Made by a program: the position numbers and the translations under genes. Source: Lama glama (Eukaryota). Taken from it: a stretch of DNA of 64,000 bases. The notes below the pieces were generated by a model that saw only the letters and a list, made by a program, of their open reading frames with translations, was not told the DNA's origin and did no database searches. Numbering within the stretch: position 1 is the first letter of the stretch; every line of letters begins with the position of its first letter. Where the stretch lies: contig CM052818.1 of assembly GCA_028534125.1 (NCBI GenBank), positions 48,114,001 to 48,178,000 on the forward strand. Direction: 5' to 3'. Of the stretch, positions 25,786-38,486 are shown piece after piece.

Positions 25786-26240
25786 CAGGCATCCCGGGAG
25801 ATGCTGTGGTTTTGGTTCCAGGCCACCACAACAGAGCGATTGTCGCCAAAAAAGTGAGTCACGCAAATTTTTTGGCTTCCCAGTGCATATAAAAGTTATG
25901 TTTACACTATGCTATAGTCTGTTGAGGGTGCATTAGTGTTCCTAAAAAAACAATGCCAATACCTTAGTTAAAAATACTTCATTGCTAAAAAAATTGCTGT
26001 CATCTGACCCTTAAGCAAGTCATCATCTTTTTGCAATAGTAACATCAAAGATCACTGATCACAAATCACCATAACAAATATAATAATAATGAAGTTTGAA
26101 AAATTATGAGAATTACCAAAATGTGACACAAAGACACAAGGTGAGTGAATATTAGAAAAATGTGCTAATAGACTTGCTCAACACAGGGCTGCCCACAGAC
26201 CTTCACTTTTGAGAAAGCACAATAAAATGTGGTCTGTCTG
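25786..26240. mobile_element. Tigger2a (TcMar) non-autonomous DNA transposon
   Basis: TA then caggcat...ggttccaggccaccac...ggcttcccagtgcatataaaagttatgtttacactat...gaattaccaaaatgtgacaca...caataaaatgtggtctgtctg. Confidence 0.85.
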
Positions 26241-27030
26241 CAGCAGAATGTTTGTTGTTGATACTTAGCACATTTTCTCTCTGATTTGGTTAATTCCTCC
26301 CTATGTTTTAATTTCTCAACTGAACTGAAAATGGAAAGTTCTGTAAAGACAAGATTTTTAATCTAATATCTGCCTTCCTTTACAAACTGTCTAGGATCAT
26401 GTTTGGCTCATGGCAATAGCTAAATACACCTTCATTTATTAATGGATTGAAAATGACTTTGGAATCTATGTATTAAGCACAATATAGGCTAGTGAAGACC
26501 AGTTCATACTCCAAATATCAATATAAGTAAGAAATTTAATAAATCCAGATCTAATTTTATGGGACCGAGTGAGAACTCTGGTAAGTCAAAGGGAGATGAG
26601 AAATATAGTCTCACCCAAAGTGAACAAAGTCTTGGATTCTGCTCCTAAGACAAGCTCTTTATAAGCTTGAACAGTGTGGTCACAGTCAGGGAGCCGTGCT
26701 GTGTTGTGGGTGCTGTTTGGGGTTATAACTTTTCACCTAATATTTCATGTGAATGCTGTGCAGTGACATCAGGTCAGGGTAAGTCCAGACTTCCAGAATC
26801 AGCTGCCGCCTGTCACCAGATGGCCTGGTGTCCCAGGACAGGACAAGAAAGCAGGGACTTAACCTGCCCTTCAACCCCAAAGGGTCTGCACCTGATCCGT
26901 GGTTCCAGGCTGACCTTCCATCACACTGTCTGGCTCAGTTTCCCTGGTAAACCAGCAAAGGTGAACTTGTTACTAGGGAACCCTCCTTAGGATAACATGG
27001 CTACGACTGGACCTTGTGTCAAAACACGAA

Positions 27031-27135
27031 GGGGCTTGGGGGTACAGTTGAATGGCAGAGTGTGTGCTTAGCACGCATGAGGTCCTGGGTTCAACCCCCA
27101 GCACCTCCATTAAAAAAAAGTAAATAAAGAAAAAC
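27031..27135 (+). mobile_element. tRNA-derived SINE, Vic-1-like
   Basis: gggtacagttgaatggcagagtgtgtgcttagcacgcatgaggtcctgggttcaacccccagcacctccattaaaa. Confidence 0.85.
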
Positions 27136-27640
27136 CTTAAAGTTATGTTATAAAGTAAAAGAATGATAATGATAAGTAAACAAATAGGTAAATTTTTTAA
27201 ATTTAAAAGTAAACTGGAAGGAACAACAAATGAGGTATAAATAGCTGATGCACACCGTGCTTTGGGCTCCCCGGAAAGTGGTGGCCCCTGTAACTGGTCT
27301 GTCTTTATGTCTGTGAAACTGACTGACCAAGGGCCTGACTCAGTTTAGGGTCTGAGGTTTTAATCCGGAAGATTTTAAGCCAGGGCAGCTCCTGGGCCGC
27401 CCCAGGTGGGTCTGCTCTCCTCACACCTGTGTGGGTCCTGTGCCTGTGCCGCTGCCGGGTCCCCGCTGTGGCCGAGGAAAACCCGGCTGCACGTGGCCAG
27501 GTCTGGCCCCTCCTCTGTTCTTCTGAGCAAACTGGAGCCGGGTGTGGCCCTGGGTCATCTTGTGGCTGGAGTTTGTACCCTGGGGGGCAAAGGCCTGTGC
27601 ACAGCACAATATGGAGTCACTACAGTGACTTTCTGATGCG

Positions 27641-27797
27641 TTTTTTAAAAACTTTTTATTATATTATTTAACTATTTTATTTTGGTGTGGGGGGTAGTCA
27701 GGTCTGCTTATTTTTTGGGGAGATGCTGGGGATTGAACCCGAGACCTCGTGCATGCTGAGCATGTGCTCTGCCACTTGAGCTGTGTACCCTTCCCCC
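27641..27797 (-). mobile_element. tRNA-derived SINE, Vic-1-like
   Basis: ctggggattgaacccgagacctcgtgcatgctgagcatgtgctctgccacttgagctg; flanks tctgatgc and tctgacgc are a possible TSD. Confidence 0.85.
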
Positions 27798-29309
27798 CTC
27801 TGACGCAATGTTGGATCAAGAATTTTTTGGGAATTGAAATAAATATATCACACATATCTCTTCAGTTAGTATGTTTTCAAATGTGTATGTTAGCTCAAAA
27901 TGAAGTACATGAAAATGCTGAGGAATTTAATATATTGGTTTATAATCGTGTACTTAACTACCACCATATTATTATTCTATGGTGGTTATATAAAAATGTT
28001 TTGACTCTGAAATGTATTTATTTGCTCTCAGGGTTTCCTCTAGATGTAGCATTCTGTGACTTTTATGATTATGTGCACTGTAATATCATGACGATTATTA
28101 ATATGAAATGTGTTGTCACTAACATTCTGGCCAACTGAAAAACCAACAGATTCTCAGGATTCCATGCAAAAACATTTTCCTCAAATGCTAGCTTATGGAA
28201 AGCAGGATAACCAGAGGTGGCTTTCATTGCTTTGAAAAGAAGCAGTGTCTTCTGAAGTAAAGAAAAGTTGAAAAGAGTGTAGTATGTATTCATCATACGT
28301 TAAGTATTATACTGACATGTGCTCAGATAACACACATTTATAATATGAATGTGAGCATTCTTAAACTCTAGGATAATTTTTAATTTTTTAAAAATTAAAA
28401 GCATCTACTCTTTCTCATTTCTCGTGACCACTATGCAGAGCTGAAGCGGTGTCCTCTGGGTGATCTCTGGCCCACGGGGGCAGGCCGAGGGATTCAGAAG
28501 GTACCTGGATCTCAAAATGCATAGAATTCTGTGGATGGAAATCCCATAATTGCACCCAGAAACACACGGGAGAGTGGCACGGACTGGAATGGTTCACAGA
28601 CTCTTCGACGCTTCTTGCCAGAGCAGCTGCCGCACCAACATGGCCATAAGGAGCGCAAGCAGACGACTCGCGTTTCACCACATATGGCGGTGCTCAGCTG
28701 CACAGAAATCTGGACCAGGGAGGAGAGACTCACAGGGGAAACCCGATGTTCTCAAATAACAGAGCTCACTGAGCTCTTCATGCCTGCGTCTGGGCATCTA
28801 ACTAACAAAAGAGCTGGGATCTGAAGAAATACTTGCCCTCCAAAAGGACAGCATACTTTCCTTTTCATAGATGGTACATTTCTTTCTAAATACCACACCC
28901 TCCAGCCAAGACACAGGAAGGGGTACTTCCCTATTTCCCAATCCAGCCTCCATCCAAATTATTTAGATCATGTGTTACATGTGACGATCCTACAAAGTGT
29001 CAGGAAATAGAAAATGAGGGACCGTGGAAGACAGGAGGCATCAGAAGAAAAGGAGAGTGGGGTCACGATGACTTGAGACCCCCCCCCCACGCAAAGGCTT
29101 ACTTCCGCCAAAGGCCATTCCTTTTCCCAGTTTTCCTTTCCACAGAATTTCCTAGTGAGGCATCAACAAAGAGACCTGGGATTTTAGAGCATCTTGAATA
29201 GATCAGAGGGAATTCAGATGAATTGAAAGGAAAAAGTGGCCCCAATCATTTGAAGGTCAGGGCCCCCAGGGAAGGAAGGTCAGACATTCATGAACCAGCA
29301 GCTATTACT

Positions 29310-29545
29310 AAAAACAAAGGAGAGGGTAAGAAAAGGAAGAGACACAAAACAGGGAAGTGGAGTAGCAAGAAAAGAAATGTGAGAAGCAGAGAGAAGAAGG
29401 CGGAAAGGAAGATGGCGTCAGAAAAGGAAGGGAAGGGAGAGCTGATCAAACCAAAGAAGGAGACAGAGAAGAACTGAGGATGAGATGGACAAAGGAGGAT
29501 GGACCAAAGGAATAAGAAGGGAAGAGAAGGAAGGGAAGGAACAGA
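29310..29545 (+). repeat. Purine-rich (GA) low-complexity tract
   Basis: Strong A/G strand bias; it generates the spurious K/E-rich and F/L/S-rich ORFs in the track. Confidence 0.7.
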
Positions 29546-31814
29546 CCCAAAGATGCTGCCTAGTTTGAGTATTAAAAACAAGGCAGATACCAAATCCCCA
29601 GCTCAGCACAGGGCATGCCTCTGGATGCAGATGTGACAGAATATAATAAAAGGCTCTTTTATCAAAGACTGGTGATTGACAGAGTCATGAATCAGAGCTC
29701 TATGATGACATTTTGTTGAAAAAAACTATCTTGCCACAGATTTATTAGTGCTTGCAGAAACTGGAAGTCTGCTTAATATCTTCAACACCATCCACTTTCT
29801 TTAGTAGGGATCCAGGCTCGTAAAACCAACACAGGAGATCATCTGTTCTCATGATCCTTTTGTGCCTGACTTGTTACTCTTTGTCACAGGGAACTTGAAT
29901 GCGTGCCCGTGGGCTGTGTGTTTGCTAAGTGTTTTTCTCCGTGTCACTTATCAATCTGTAGGAAATCATTAGTCCTGGTAGATATAAGATCATTGACATC
30001 ATTTAGAGCAACGTACCCAGGGCATTTTATCCCCAATTCAGTAATCTCAGCCTCTGAGTGCCTGGATTTTTTTTTTAATCCCAAAGACAAGATAGATACA
30101 TACATAAAAAGAAAATTGCACATGACTAGAATTCATAAGGTGAGCTTCAGGTGCAGGACAGTTACGGCCACATTCCCATCACTCTGTGCTCCTTGACTTG
30201 GATTCAGGGAACAGCTGGAGCAAGTACCAGGGCCAGAGAGCTGTCCGCTGTACAAGCCCGCACAGCGGGCCGGAGGGGAGGGAAGATGTGCATGTCAACG
30301 CCGTGGAGGGACTTCACTGAACAGCTTCATAGAACCGCCCTTTTGGTGAAGTATCATCACAATTCAGTGCACAAGAAGGCTTTACCATCCTAAGCAGACA
30401 CATTAGTGGGGAGATAATGATGTGTTCCGACCCCTCTTCCGTCAGTCCCTGCAACCCTCACCCTAGCCATTTTCTAAAGCAGTTGAAAATTGCCGGTTAA
30501 GAACCCTCAGCCATGTTTGTCACAAGATGTTTCAATACGTAGATCAGCGCTGCGGGCTTGAAAAGACATATCATATCAAAGCCTCATTGTGTTAAGGATC
30601 CATTTTTTAAGAGAGTTCTTGTGTATAAATTAAGAATTCAATAGACTGTATCAGCTTCAAGGGTTAGTGATGAAAAAGTATATACTTTCAAAACTGTTGA
30701 TGTGACAAGTGTGCTGCTGTCAATTATTTAAATACAGATTTCTTAAAAGTTGAGGAGGTGCACATGCTAAGTCTTCTCTGAAGCTGCGAGAGGAATTAAG
30801 ACATCAGTCATGCGAAAAGGTAGATTCTAACTGAGGAGTAATCAATCACTCCCCAAAGCTCAGTTCTTGGAGAACAGAGTGCAGGCTGTCCGTGATGGCT
30901 GCCCAGATGGCCGGTCAGGGGGACGGAGTGCTGCTGAGATGTGTGGGGCTCTCCACCCTCCTGGGCCTCCCATCCATCCACGTCTGCTCCTTGCCAAATG
31001 GAACAGGGCTGCCACACCAGCCATGCGTGACTCCCTTCCCTGCTGTTGCCCCTCTTCCATCTGGCCCGGGAAGTGCCCTGCACTCGGGCTGCCTTCTCGC
31101 CCTCCCCACAAATGATGCCACCAGCTGGCCAAGGAGCTGAGCTGGCAGGAAGTGGGCAAGGCCATGGCCCAAGGCCAGCCATTGTCACTCAACTCAGCGT
31201 CATTTCTTCCCTTTCCTCTTTTCCTCCCTTGGCTTCTCGTTCCTGTCCTGGATATTCTTAACCAAAGGAAGCGGGGAAACTAAATAAGTTAAAGCAAGGC
31301 AACAATAATAGTGAAGCCTCCAGAACTTTCCATCTTCTAAAGACATCTTTGATGCTTTCTGGAGTTTGGTCCAATTCTGCAGGGGAAAGATTATGCTGCT
31401 GAACTTCTGTGGGGATTTATTCCCTGTACTCACGCCACACTACACCTTGTGCATAGCCCCTTCCCCAAACTGGCCCTGTAGAAACCACCGCCGTGACTGC
31501 CATGTTTTCTTCTTTAGCGAAACTACTACATCTCGTTGCACCCTTGCAGACTGCCGAGGTGGCTCCCTGTTGGGAGTTTACAGAATTGGTTCTGATAAGG
31601 CTTGCTTGCCAATTTTTTGGTAATTTCTCTGCCATCTTTGTCTTGCTTTTATGATTGGATTCTCAACCCCCAGAGAAGGGCAGCTGGGCACCTGTGAAGA
31701 GTCACGGTTTCTGCCATTTCTCCAAGTGGAGTTAAAAAGAGCATGGCCAGAGCACTCAGGCAGCAGGAGTGACTTTCCAGAAACTCAGTTCCTTGTAGGC
31801 AGGGGATATGCTTA

Positions 31815-32030
31815 AATGTTAGTGTCAGAAAAGCTCACCATCTCAGCTATTTCATGTACCAGTTGTACGGTCTTGAGCAAATTTTATGATTGCATAAATA
31901 TCAGTTTATTTATTTGTAAAAGAGAAAAAAATGTACTGTTTACCTAGTAAGACTCTGGAGATTAAAAAAAATTAATCTATAATATGTGCTTAGAAGAATG
32001 TCTGGAACAGAGTCAATTCTCAATATTTGT
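31815..32030 (+). mobile_element. MIR SINE
   Basis: ggtcttgagcaaatttt...cagtttatttatttgtaaaagag...tgtgcttagaagaatgtctggaacagag...ctcaatatttgtt. Confidence 0.6.
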
Positions 32031-32149
32031 TAGATATTCTTTTTATTTTGTTGTTATTATTGTATTATTGCCATGTCTGTGATCTCACAGCCTCTCATGG
32101 CTTTGCATTCCTTGAAATGGCTCAATATATGTTGTGTCTTAATTTTCTT

Positions 32150-32580
32150 TGATTGAGTTATTCTTTGATTAAAGTTTGAAAACACATATGTAAATGCAAA
32201 TATTTAAGCAATACAAAGAATAGATATTAAACATCAAGTCTCCTGTCCAACACTCCAAACCTCCTTTTTCTGAAACAATCAGTTAGCCATTATTCATGTG
32301 CCTTTATAAAAAATTCTGTTGAAACCATCTTTACGCTCTTCCCCAAGCCCATACTTCTGTCTTCACACAGAAATGATCACTATCTTGAATTTTATATCCA
32401 TTTACCTTGCTTTCATTTTTAATAATTTTACCATGCCTAACTCCAAATAATATTTTTTCAGTTATGTTTATTTTAAGCTTTGTTAAAAAAATTATTCACT
32501 TTTTAAATTTATTTTTAATGAATAGGAGCATGTTATTCATATTTTTCAAACTTTCTCTTTCTTAACAATATTCTTTTTTT
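32150..32580 (-). mobile_element. Old L1M (L1ME-like) 3' remnant
   Basis: AT-rich; cacagaaatgatcactatcttgaatttt and similar motifs resemble antisense L1ME 3' regions. Confidence 0.4.
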
Positions 32581-34364
32581 AAGTATTGGAGTAAATTGTG
32601 TGACTCAGAAATTTCTCATCATTGTGAACTGATGATGATAGAAATAAGATTAATTTTTAAAACCAATGATACCTTGAAATAATATTATTTTACTGTATCT
32701 TCTATAATAATTTTTTTCTTTTTTGGGGCCTCTTACATATTTGGAAACCAAATGGTTAAACACTGCTACCGCTTCTAAGTGACAAAGGAGGTGCAAAGAG
32801 ATGAGAGCTGGAATTCCAGCTCACTTCCTCCTCAGCAGAATAGGCCACAGGCGATGCTGGAGCTGACGGGTCCATCACATCTATGAGAGCTCCAAATATA
32901 TCCATTATTTGGGATCACAGGTTAATAATGACTCTCATACAGATATGAATGCTGTTGGTTGACCCTAAAATGAAATTAACTGTTGTGTTTCTAATCATTC
33001 TAGTTAGTCCTTCAGGTTACTATTAAAATAGGCATAGTGTTGATGGTGTATATATTCCTGTATATTCAAAATAATTAGCTTTTGATACTCTCGATGAGAC
33101 AGCTATTAGACTAACAGCACTATAGACTTGGAAGCACAGACCCCAAACTCGTGGTGCTCACAACAACTCAGTACTGAAACACATCTGATCTCTGCAAGGG
33201 TGTTAATTACGAGTCCTCGTACGGCTGTCTGAGCATCACAGCGGAAGGGTGCGTGAGCGAGCGAGCTTAAAGTCAGCGCCTGGAGCCCTTTAGGAAACGG
33301 AGACACTCCTGAGAGCCGTTGCAGCTAGGGAAAACCTAGAGGAATGGATGAATCAGCCCTAGAAAAAATTACTTATTTATTTTTTGTGGTTTGCATGCAT
33401 CAACCTTACCAAATCGCTTTACGCTCAGTATTTAATTTGTTTCATACTTTCCTGGAAGAAAGAGAAAATATTTCAGTTAAGAACATTTAGGTAAAGACAA
33501 CTAAAACCATGAGATGAGACGTGCTCACAATGATGTATCAACCAGTCTGAGAAAGCCCAGTCTCGGGTCGCTGCCTGGGTTGATTGCTTCATTTTCATCA
33601 TTTCTTCCCTCCTCCCTCCCTCCCTCTCTTCCTGTATTCCACACCTGATGACAAGCTACTGCACGCCAGGCTTTATGGATGCCACTGTTAGGCTCTGGGG
33701 CACCAAATCCGTCACAATCACCTGAATTCAGATTAACAAAGAAGCAAATACTTTTTGATCCTTTTGAATATGTGTATTTGTAATGGAAGGATGGGTTTGG
33801 TGAAAAAAGAGGGAAGTCAAAGATGTGTATCAAATGACTTAAACATCTTATTATACCTGGAACTCCACTTACTCACGTGCTTGTTTCTAATATGTCTTAA
33901 GACATAGTAAGAGGCAAATTCAACTGAGAGAAACCCCTCGCGTGATGGACGAAATAACTCTGTACTCTGTACATAACCTGTACAAAGGAGCAGAGGGAAC
34001 AAAAGCACCGGTTTACCTGTGGACAGAGCATCGGAGTGTCTACAACACAGCGCATGACTTAAAGGAAACTTCGATTTCCCTCTCCTCTCTCCCTTTTGCC
34101 ATCTGGCTGCATCTGCGATGTTAAGCCACTGAGTGGGATGACGCAAGCCGGGGAAAGCCGCTTGACCGTGAGGTTGCTGGGAAGCACAGGCGTTCTCCTT
34201 CTTTAAGGCCAACTGGGTAGAGACAAGAAGAACCAAAATCATTTAAGAAGTAGAGCAAAGGGGAAGCACACAGTAGGGAAGGATTTATGGCAGAAACGCA
34301 GTCTGTGCTTGATGAGCTGGTCCTCGTACCGGGCTCCTTACTAAGTATATACAACATTAGCTGA

Positions 34365-34422
34365 TTTTTTATGTGTGTAGGGGGAGGAGAAGTCATTAGG
34401 TTTATTTTATGTATTTATTTAT

Positions 34423-34469
<47 letters not shown>

Positions 34470-34550
34470 AATGGCAGTGTTGGGAATTTAACCCAGGACC
34501 TCATCACGCTAGGCAGGCATGCTACCACTGAGCTATAACGTCCCTCACCC
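34365..34550 (-). mobile_element. tRNA-derived SINE, Vic-1-like, with (TATC)n expansion in its tail
   Basis: gggaatttaacccaggacctc...gctaccactgagctata; near-identical flanks caacattagctgat and caatattagctaat (TSD). Confidence 0.85.
34424..34467 (+). repeat. (TATC)n microsatellite
   Basis: About 10 tandem TATC units. Confidence 0.95.
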
Positions 34551-34559
34551 AATATTAGC

Positions 34560-34725
34560 TAATCTTGCAAACATTATGCAAAATGAAATAAATCAATCAC
34601 TGAGACCTTATGTTGTATTATTCTACATGTGTGGAAGGTCCCAGTCCAGCCTATAGACACACAGAAAGTATATTAGCAGAGCTCGGGTGGGAGCAGTAAA
34701 GGGGAGCCAGGAGTGAGTAGGGCTT
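34560..34725 (+). mobile_element. L1MB-like 3' fragment
   Basis: cttgcaaacattatgcaaaatgaaataaatcaatcac...tatagacacacagaaagtatattag. Confidence 0.6.
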
Positions 34726-35304
34726 ATTTTTTCAAAACTCTTATTTTTATTTTAAAAATTTTAATTATTATATTTTAAATTTCTAATAGCTCATTATCTT
34801 ATTTGATCAAATTACTTTTGAACCTTAAATTTTTTTATCCAACTAACAAAGATCTTTAGCTGCATGGCATTATGAAAGCTATCAAACCTCCCTGTGTCTT
34901 GGTTTCCTTATCTGTAAAATGGGGGCAGTAATAATGTATCTGTATCAGAATAATGTTGTGTACATTAAATCAGTTAACATATAGGAGGAACTTGACACAT
35001 GTTTCATGAATATAGAATATATAGAGAGAGTATATGTAAAATTATTATATAGTTTCATGTTTAATCATTTAAAAAAATCTAGGTGGGAAACCATGTTGTT
35101 AAAAATTAGTGCCTCAGACTAGGTTTTCCAGAAGCAGATCCTGAGACAGGATTTCTAGAGAAGGTGTGATCTCAGGTGACACCAGGGCAGGGAAAGGAGG
35201 TGGGTGAAGATGGGGCTCGGCCGTGGTCCAGCCTCAGTCTGATCCCTCAGGACCTTGGACGGTGAACAGCACCATAGAATCTTCCAGAAAGAAAATCAAC
35301 AAGG

Positions 35305-35475
35305 AGCTTTCTTTCTGAGTGATGAGAATCGTCTAAAATTATATTGCAGTGACAGCTGCTGAACTCTGTAAATACACTAAAAGCCACTGTAATTTAAAAA
35401 AAAAACTATTTACAGTTTTAATTGGTGAGTTTGCTGGTATGGGAATCATATCACAGTAAAGTTAAAAAAAAAAAA
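35305..35475 (+). mobile_element. L1MB-like 3' end
   Basis: tttctttctgagtgatgagaatcgtctaaaatt...actctgtaaatacactaaaagccactg...cagtaaagttaaaaaaaa. Confidence 0.7.
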
Positions 35476-36431
35476 TGAGTTACTCTCGGGTCAGGATCTT
35501 CTCCAGCACCTGACGGCTAGCAGAGCTTCCCGAAGGGCGTAATAAATGAGCTGTCCTAAACGAGAAGCCAGCTTGAGGGGCTCCTGTGCCACCCCTACTA
35601 CATGCACTGAAACCTGCCCTTGCCTGGGGACATCCTAAGCAGGAGGTGGCCACAAATCCACCTAACACACCAAAGGGACCGAAGGGAAAGCGCAGTAGAA
35701 GAGGCAGCTGTCATTCAAGGGAAACACAAGAGAACGGAGAGAGAATTTCCAGTTGTCTGACCCAGCATTTGTGCTCCCTCAACGGCGAGGCCCTTCTCCT
35801 CCTTCCTTGCGCATCTTCTCCCTGAACCATATCCGTGTCTCTTCTTCCTGGAGAGCAGATGGAACTCACACAGAACAGCAGCCTTGGTTCCTTGGAGGAG
35901 AGACAATGCACCTGACCTTGACTCCACATGGCCCTCCATCAGCATTTCTCCGTGTTTTCTCCTCAGGTGCAGGGGCTGAGCTCAGCACACTCTCCAGTCC
36001 ATGGTTCACTGCTGTCACTGATGTGTGCAGAAGTCCCTCATGAGAGTATCCATTTGCATCCTCTCCATATATTCTTGGTCTATTCCCCACCCTCCCATTT
36101 TTGCCAACTACTTAAATGTCGTTCTTTGTCTCGTTTGTAAGCTCTCTTTCAAAATGAGTGAATGGACTTTAATTCAATATATACAGTATGGGTTGTGAAT
36201 GCATCGTTTGAATTCTTTTAGCCTCTTGCCTCGTTAGCACCATAAAATTAGGTTTGAATATCACATATCACCTACTTAGCATTTGCAAACTTATTTAGAG
36301 CAGCTACAGAAAATAAAACAAATTGTCTGAATGTAATCATGCTCCTCTAAGCTCCTTGAGGGGCAGCATACGTGCTTTGTAAGTGTTCTTTAATGTTGAG
36401 AGAAAGTAAGAACAAAAGAAAAAATAGCAAA

Positions 36432-36488
36432 GAAGGTAGGAAGGAAGGAAGGAAGGAAGGAAGGAAGGAAGGAAGGAAGGAAGGAAGG
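36432..36488 (+). repeat. (GGAA)n microsatellite
   Basis: About 12 perfect GGAA units directly abutting the CpG island. Confidence 0.95.
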
Positions 36489-36499
36489 AGAGGAAGAAG

Positions 36500-37310
36500 A
36501 TGCCCGCGCTCTTCTGCCCCCGGCACCCGGGTCCTTCGCGGACCCGGCCGGGCTGGCGTGTCGGGCACCGCGGCCAGCCGCGCTTAGTGGTCACGCCCCG
36601 TTCTGACCCAGGCGTTCAAGCATGTCGCCGAGTCGCAGCAAATGCTTCCCGTCACCGCCGATCTCTACTGATACAGGCACACTAACGGGATTCAAAAACA
36701 GATCGGCCCTGCCTCAGCCAAGTGTTGGCTGATCGCGCCGTGGTCCCGGACGCTCGCACGGCCGGGCTTCCCGCTCGGCGCTGCCTCCCGCAGACACTGC
36801 GCGCGCGTCGGCGTGGACGGCAGGCCACACAGAGGGCCCGCGGTGCGGCTCCGACGGGCACTGTGTGCTGCGTTGGGCATTTAAAGTGAAAACGATGGTG
36901 TCCGTGGTTCAGCCGAGGTCGGGGGGTGGGGGTGGGGGCTCTGCCCAAAGGAACCATTGCAGGGTCCTGTCCAGGCCTTGTCAGCTCAGATTTGAAGCCA
37001 TGAATTAAGTGATCTCAGTCTTGCTTAAAGACCGTCTTGCCAGATACTCCAAGTAACTGTAGGCGGGGCCAGAACTGCCGTTTCCGGGCTGGGAGCAACG
37101 CGGGTTGCCTTCTGTTCTGCGCCTCTAGGCCGTCAGCTTACCTCAGGCTGGAAGCCACGCTTCGCGCCCCTGGAGCCCCGCCCCGTCCGCGGGCCCGCAG
37201 CCACCGCCCCTCACGGCTCGTCTCCCGCCGCGCGCGCAGCCTCCGCGCCTCTGTTTCGGACGCGCGTCATCCGGTGCTCCGGAGGCGGCGCTGCCTCTTT
37301 AATGTGCCGC
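36500..37310. promoter_or_regulatory. CpG island, probable promoter
   Basis: About 800 bp, GC-rich, dense CpG; GC boxes (CCCCGCCCC at about 37176, GGCGGGG at about 37062); minus-strand CCGGATGACGCG (ETS plus half-CRE) at about 37263-37274. Confidence 0.75.
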
Positions 37311-37719
37311 ACTTTGATATTTACAAACCTCCAGCTTCTGTCTGGCTCCCCAGAAAATGACTTGAAGAGAAGAGACTTTTGTGCAAGACATTTTGGGGCT
37401 GGGCTCTCAGGAACAGAATCGTAGGGAGCCAGGGACGCACTGCGGACAGAAGGCATGTTGAGCAGAGAGACCCCTGCAACAGAGACCCCAGCTAATCAAG
37501 AAGCCAGATCTGCAACCGGATGGTCCAGAGAGTTGTCCCAAGACAAGGCAAGGGACCAGACATTTAGACCCCGGGGACCAGCCACTGGACACAGCCTACT
37601 CCCGGGGAGCAGTTGCAGCCTGGGGGAGACAATGCCTGTTGGGCAAGGGCAGTTCCCGAAGAGGTGCTGACCAGTTAGCAACGAGCCTCCAGTTCCCCCG
37701 TAGCTGGGAAAACGAATGC

Positions 37720-37920
37720 CTTCATCTCGGAGCTCTGCCTGGCATTTCACAACATCCGATGCATTGTATTATTTCATCAAAGCAATTAAATGAGTCAGTA
37801 CTGTTATTCCCATGTTATAAAGGAGAGGCTGGGTACCTGTGGAACTCACACGTGGTTATTATTTCACACTTGGGTCACACGGTTACAGTGACAGGGGCAG
37901 GTCTTGAAACCAGGTTTTGA
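37720..37920 (-). mobile_element. MIR SINE
   Basis: gcattgtattatttcatc...gtactgttattcccatgttataaaggagag...ggtcacacggttacagtgacaggggcaggtcttgaaaccagg. Confidence 0.65.
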
Positions 37921-37936
37921 ATGAAGAACCCAGAGC

Positions 37937-38104
37937 AGGAGCTTCTGGGTTGGTGAACACGTCCGCTTGCTGGGAGGGCGGCTCGACCCGGTCCCATGCG
38001 GACAGAGGCTCCTGCACTCAGGCCCTCTGCGGACCTCACCCTAGGTACCCCTTCACACGGCTGTTCATCTGTATCCTTTACAATAGATGGTAAACATTAA
38101 AGAA
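37937..38104 (+). mobile_element. MER21C-like ERVL LTR fragment
   Basis: gagcttctgggttggtgaacac...gacagaggctcctgcactc...ggctgttcatctgtatcctttacaatagatggtaaac matches recalled MER21C. Confidence 0.75.
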
Positions 38105-38486
38105 AAGAAACAGTGCAATTTGGGTCGTTTTATGGACAACATAGAAAGAAAAAAAAAGGAGGCAGGCAAAGAAATTGCTCATGAAAATGGAAGTGATTTG
38201 AAACTTATCTTATCATAATGTAATATCTAAAATAATTACTAGTCCAACAATGAAGAAAGAATTAAAGAAATCTGCTTGTATATTGCAAAAAGGTCAAACT
38301 GGACTTGCCCTCGTCTTCTCTCTAATTCAGTTCTGAAGATTTCACAGAAAGAGAGTGTTGATCAATTAAAACACAACAAACTAAATAGAATTATATATAA
38401 AAGCTCCCGATTCTGGTGTGAGTGTGTGTCGAGGGCTGAATGGTGCTGAAAGCCACAGTGGGGAGATGGGTGAGAGAACCCTTTTC

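Noticed and set aside
29223..29609. K/E-rich and hydrophobic ORFs
   Set aside because: Translation of a GA low-complexity tract
36337..36594. ORFs with (KEGR)n or (FLPS)n repeats
   Set aside because: Translation of the GGAA microsatellite
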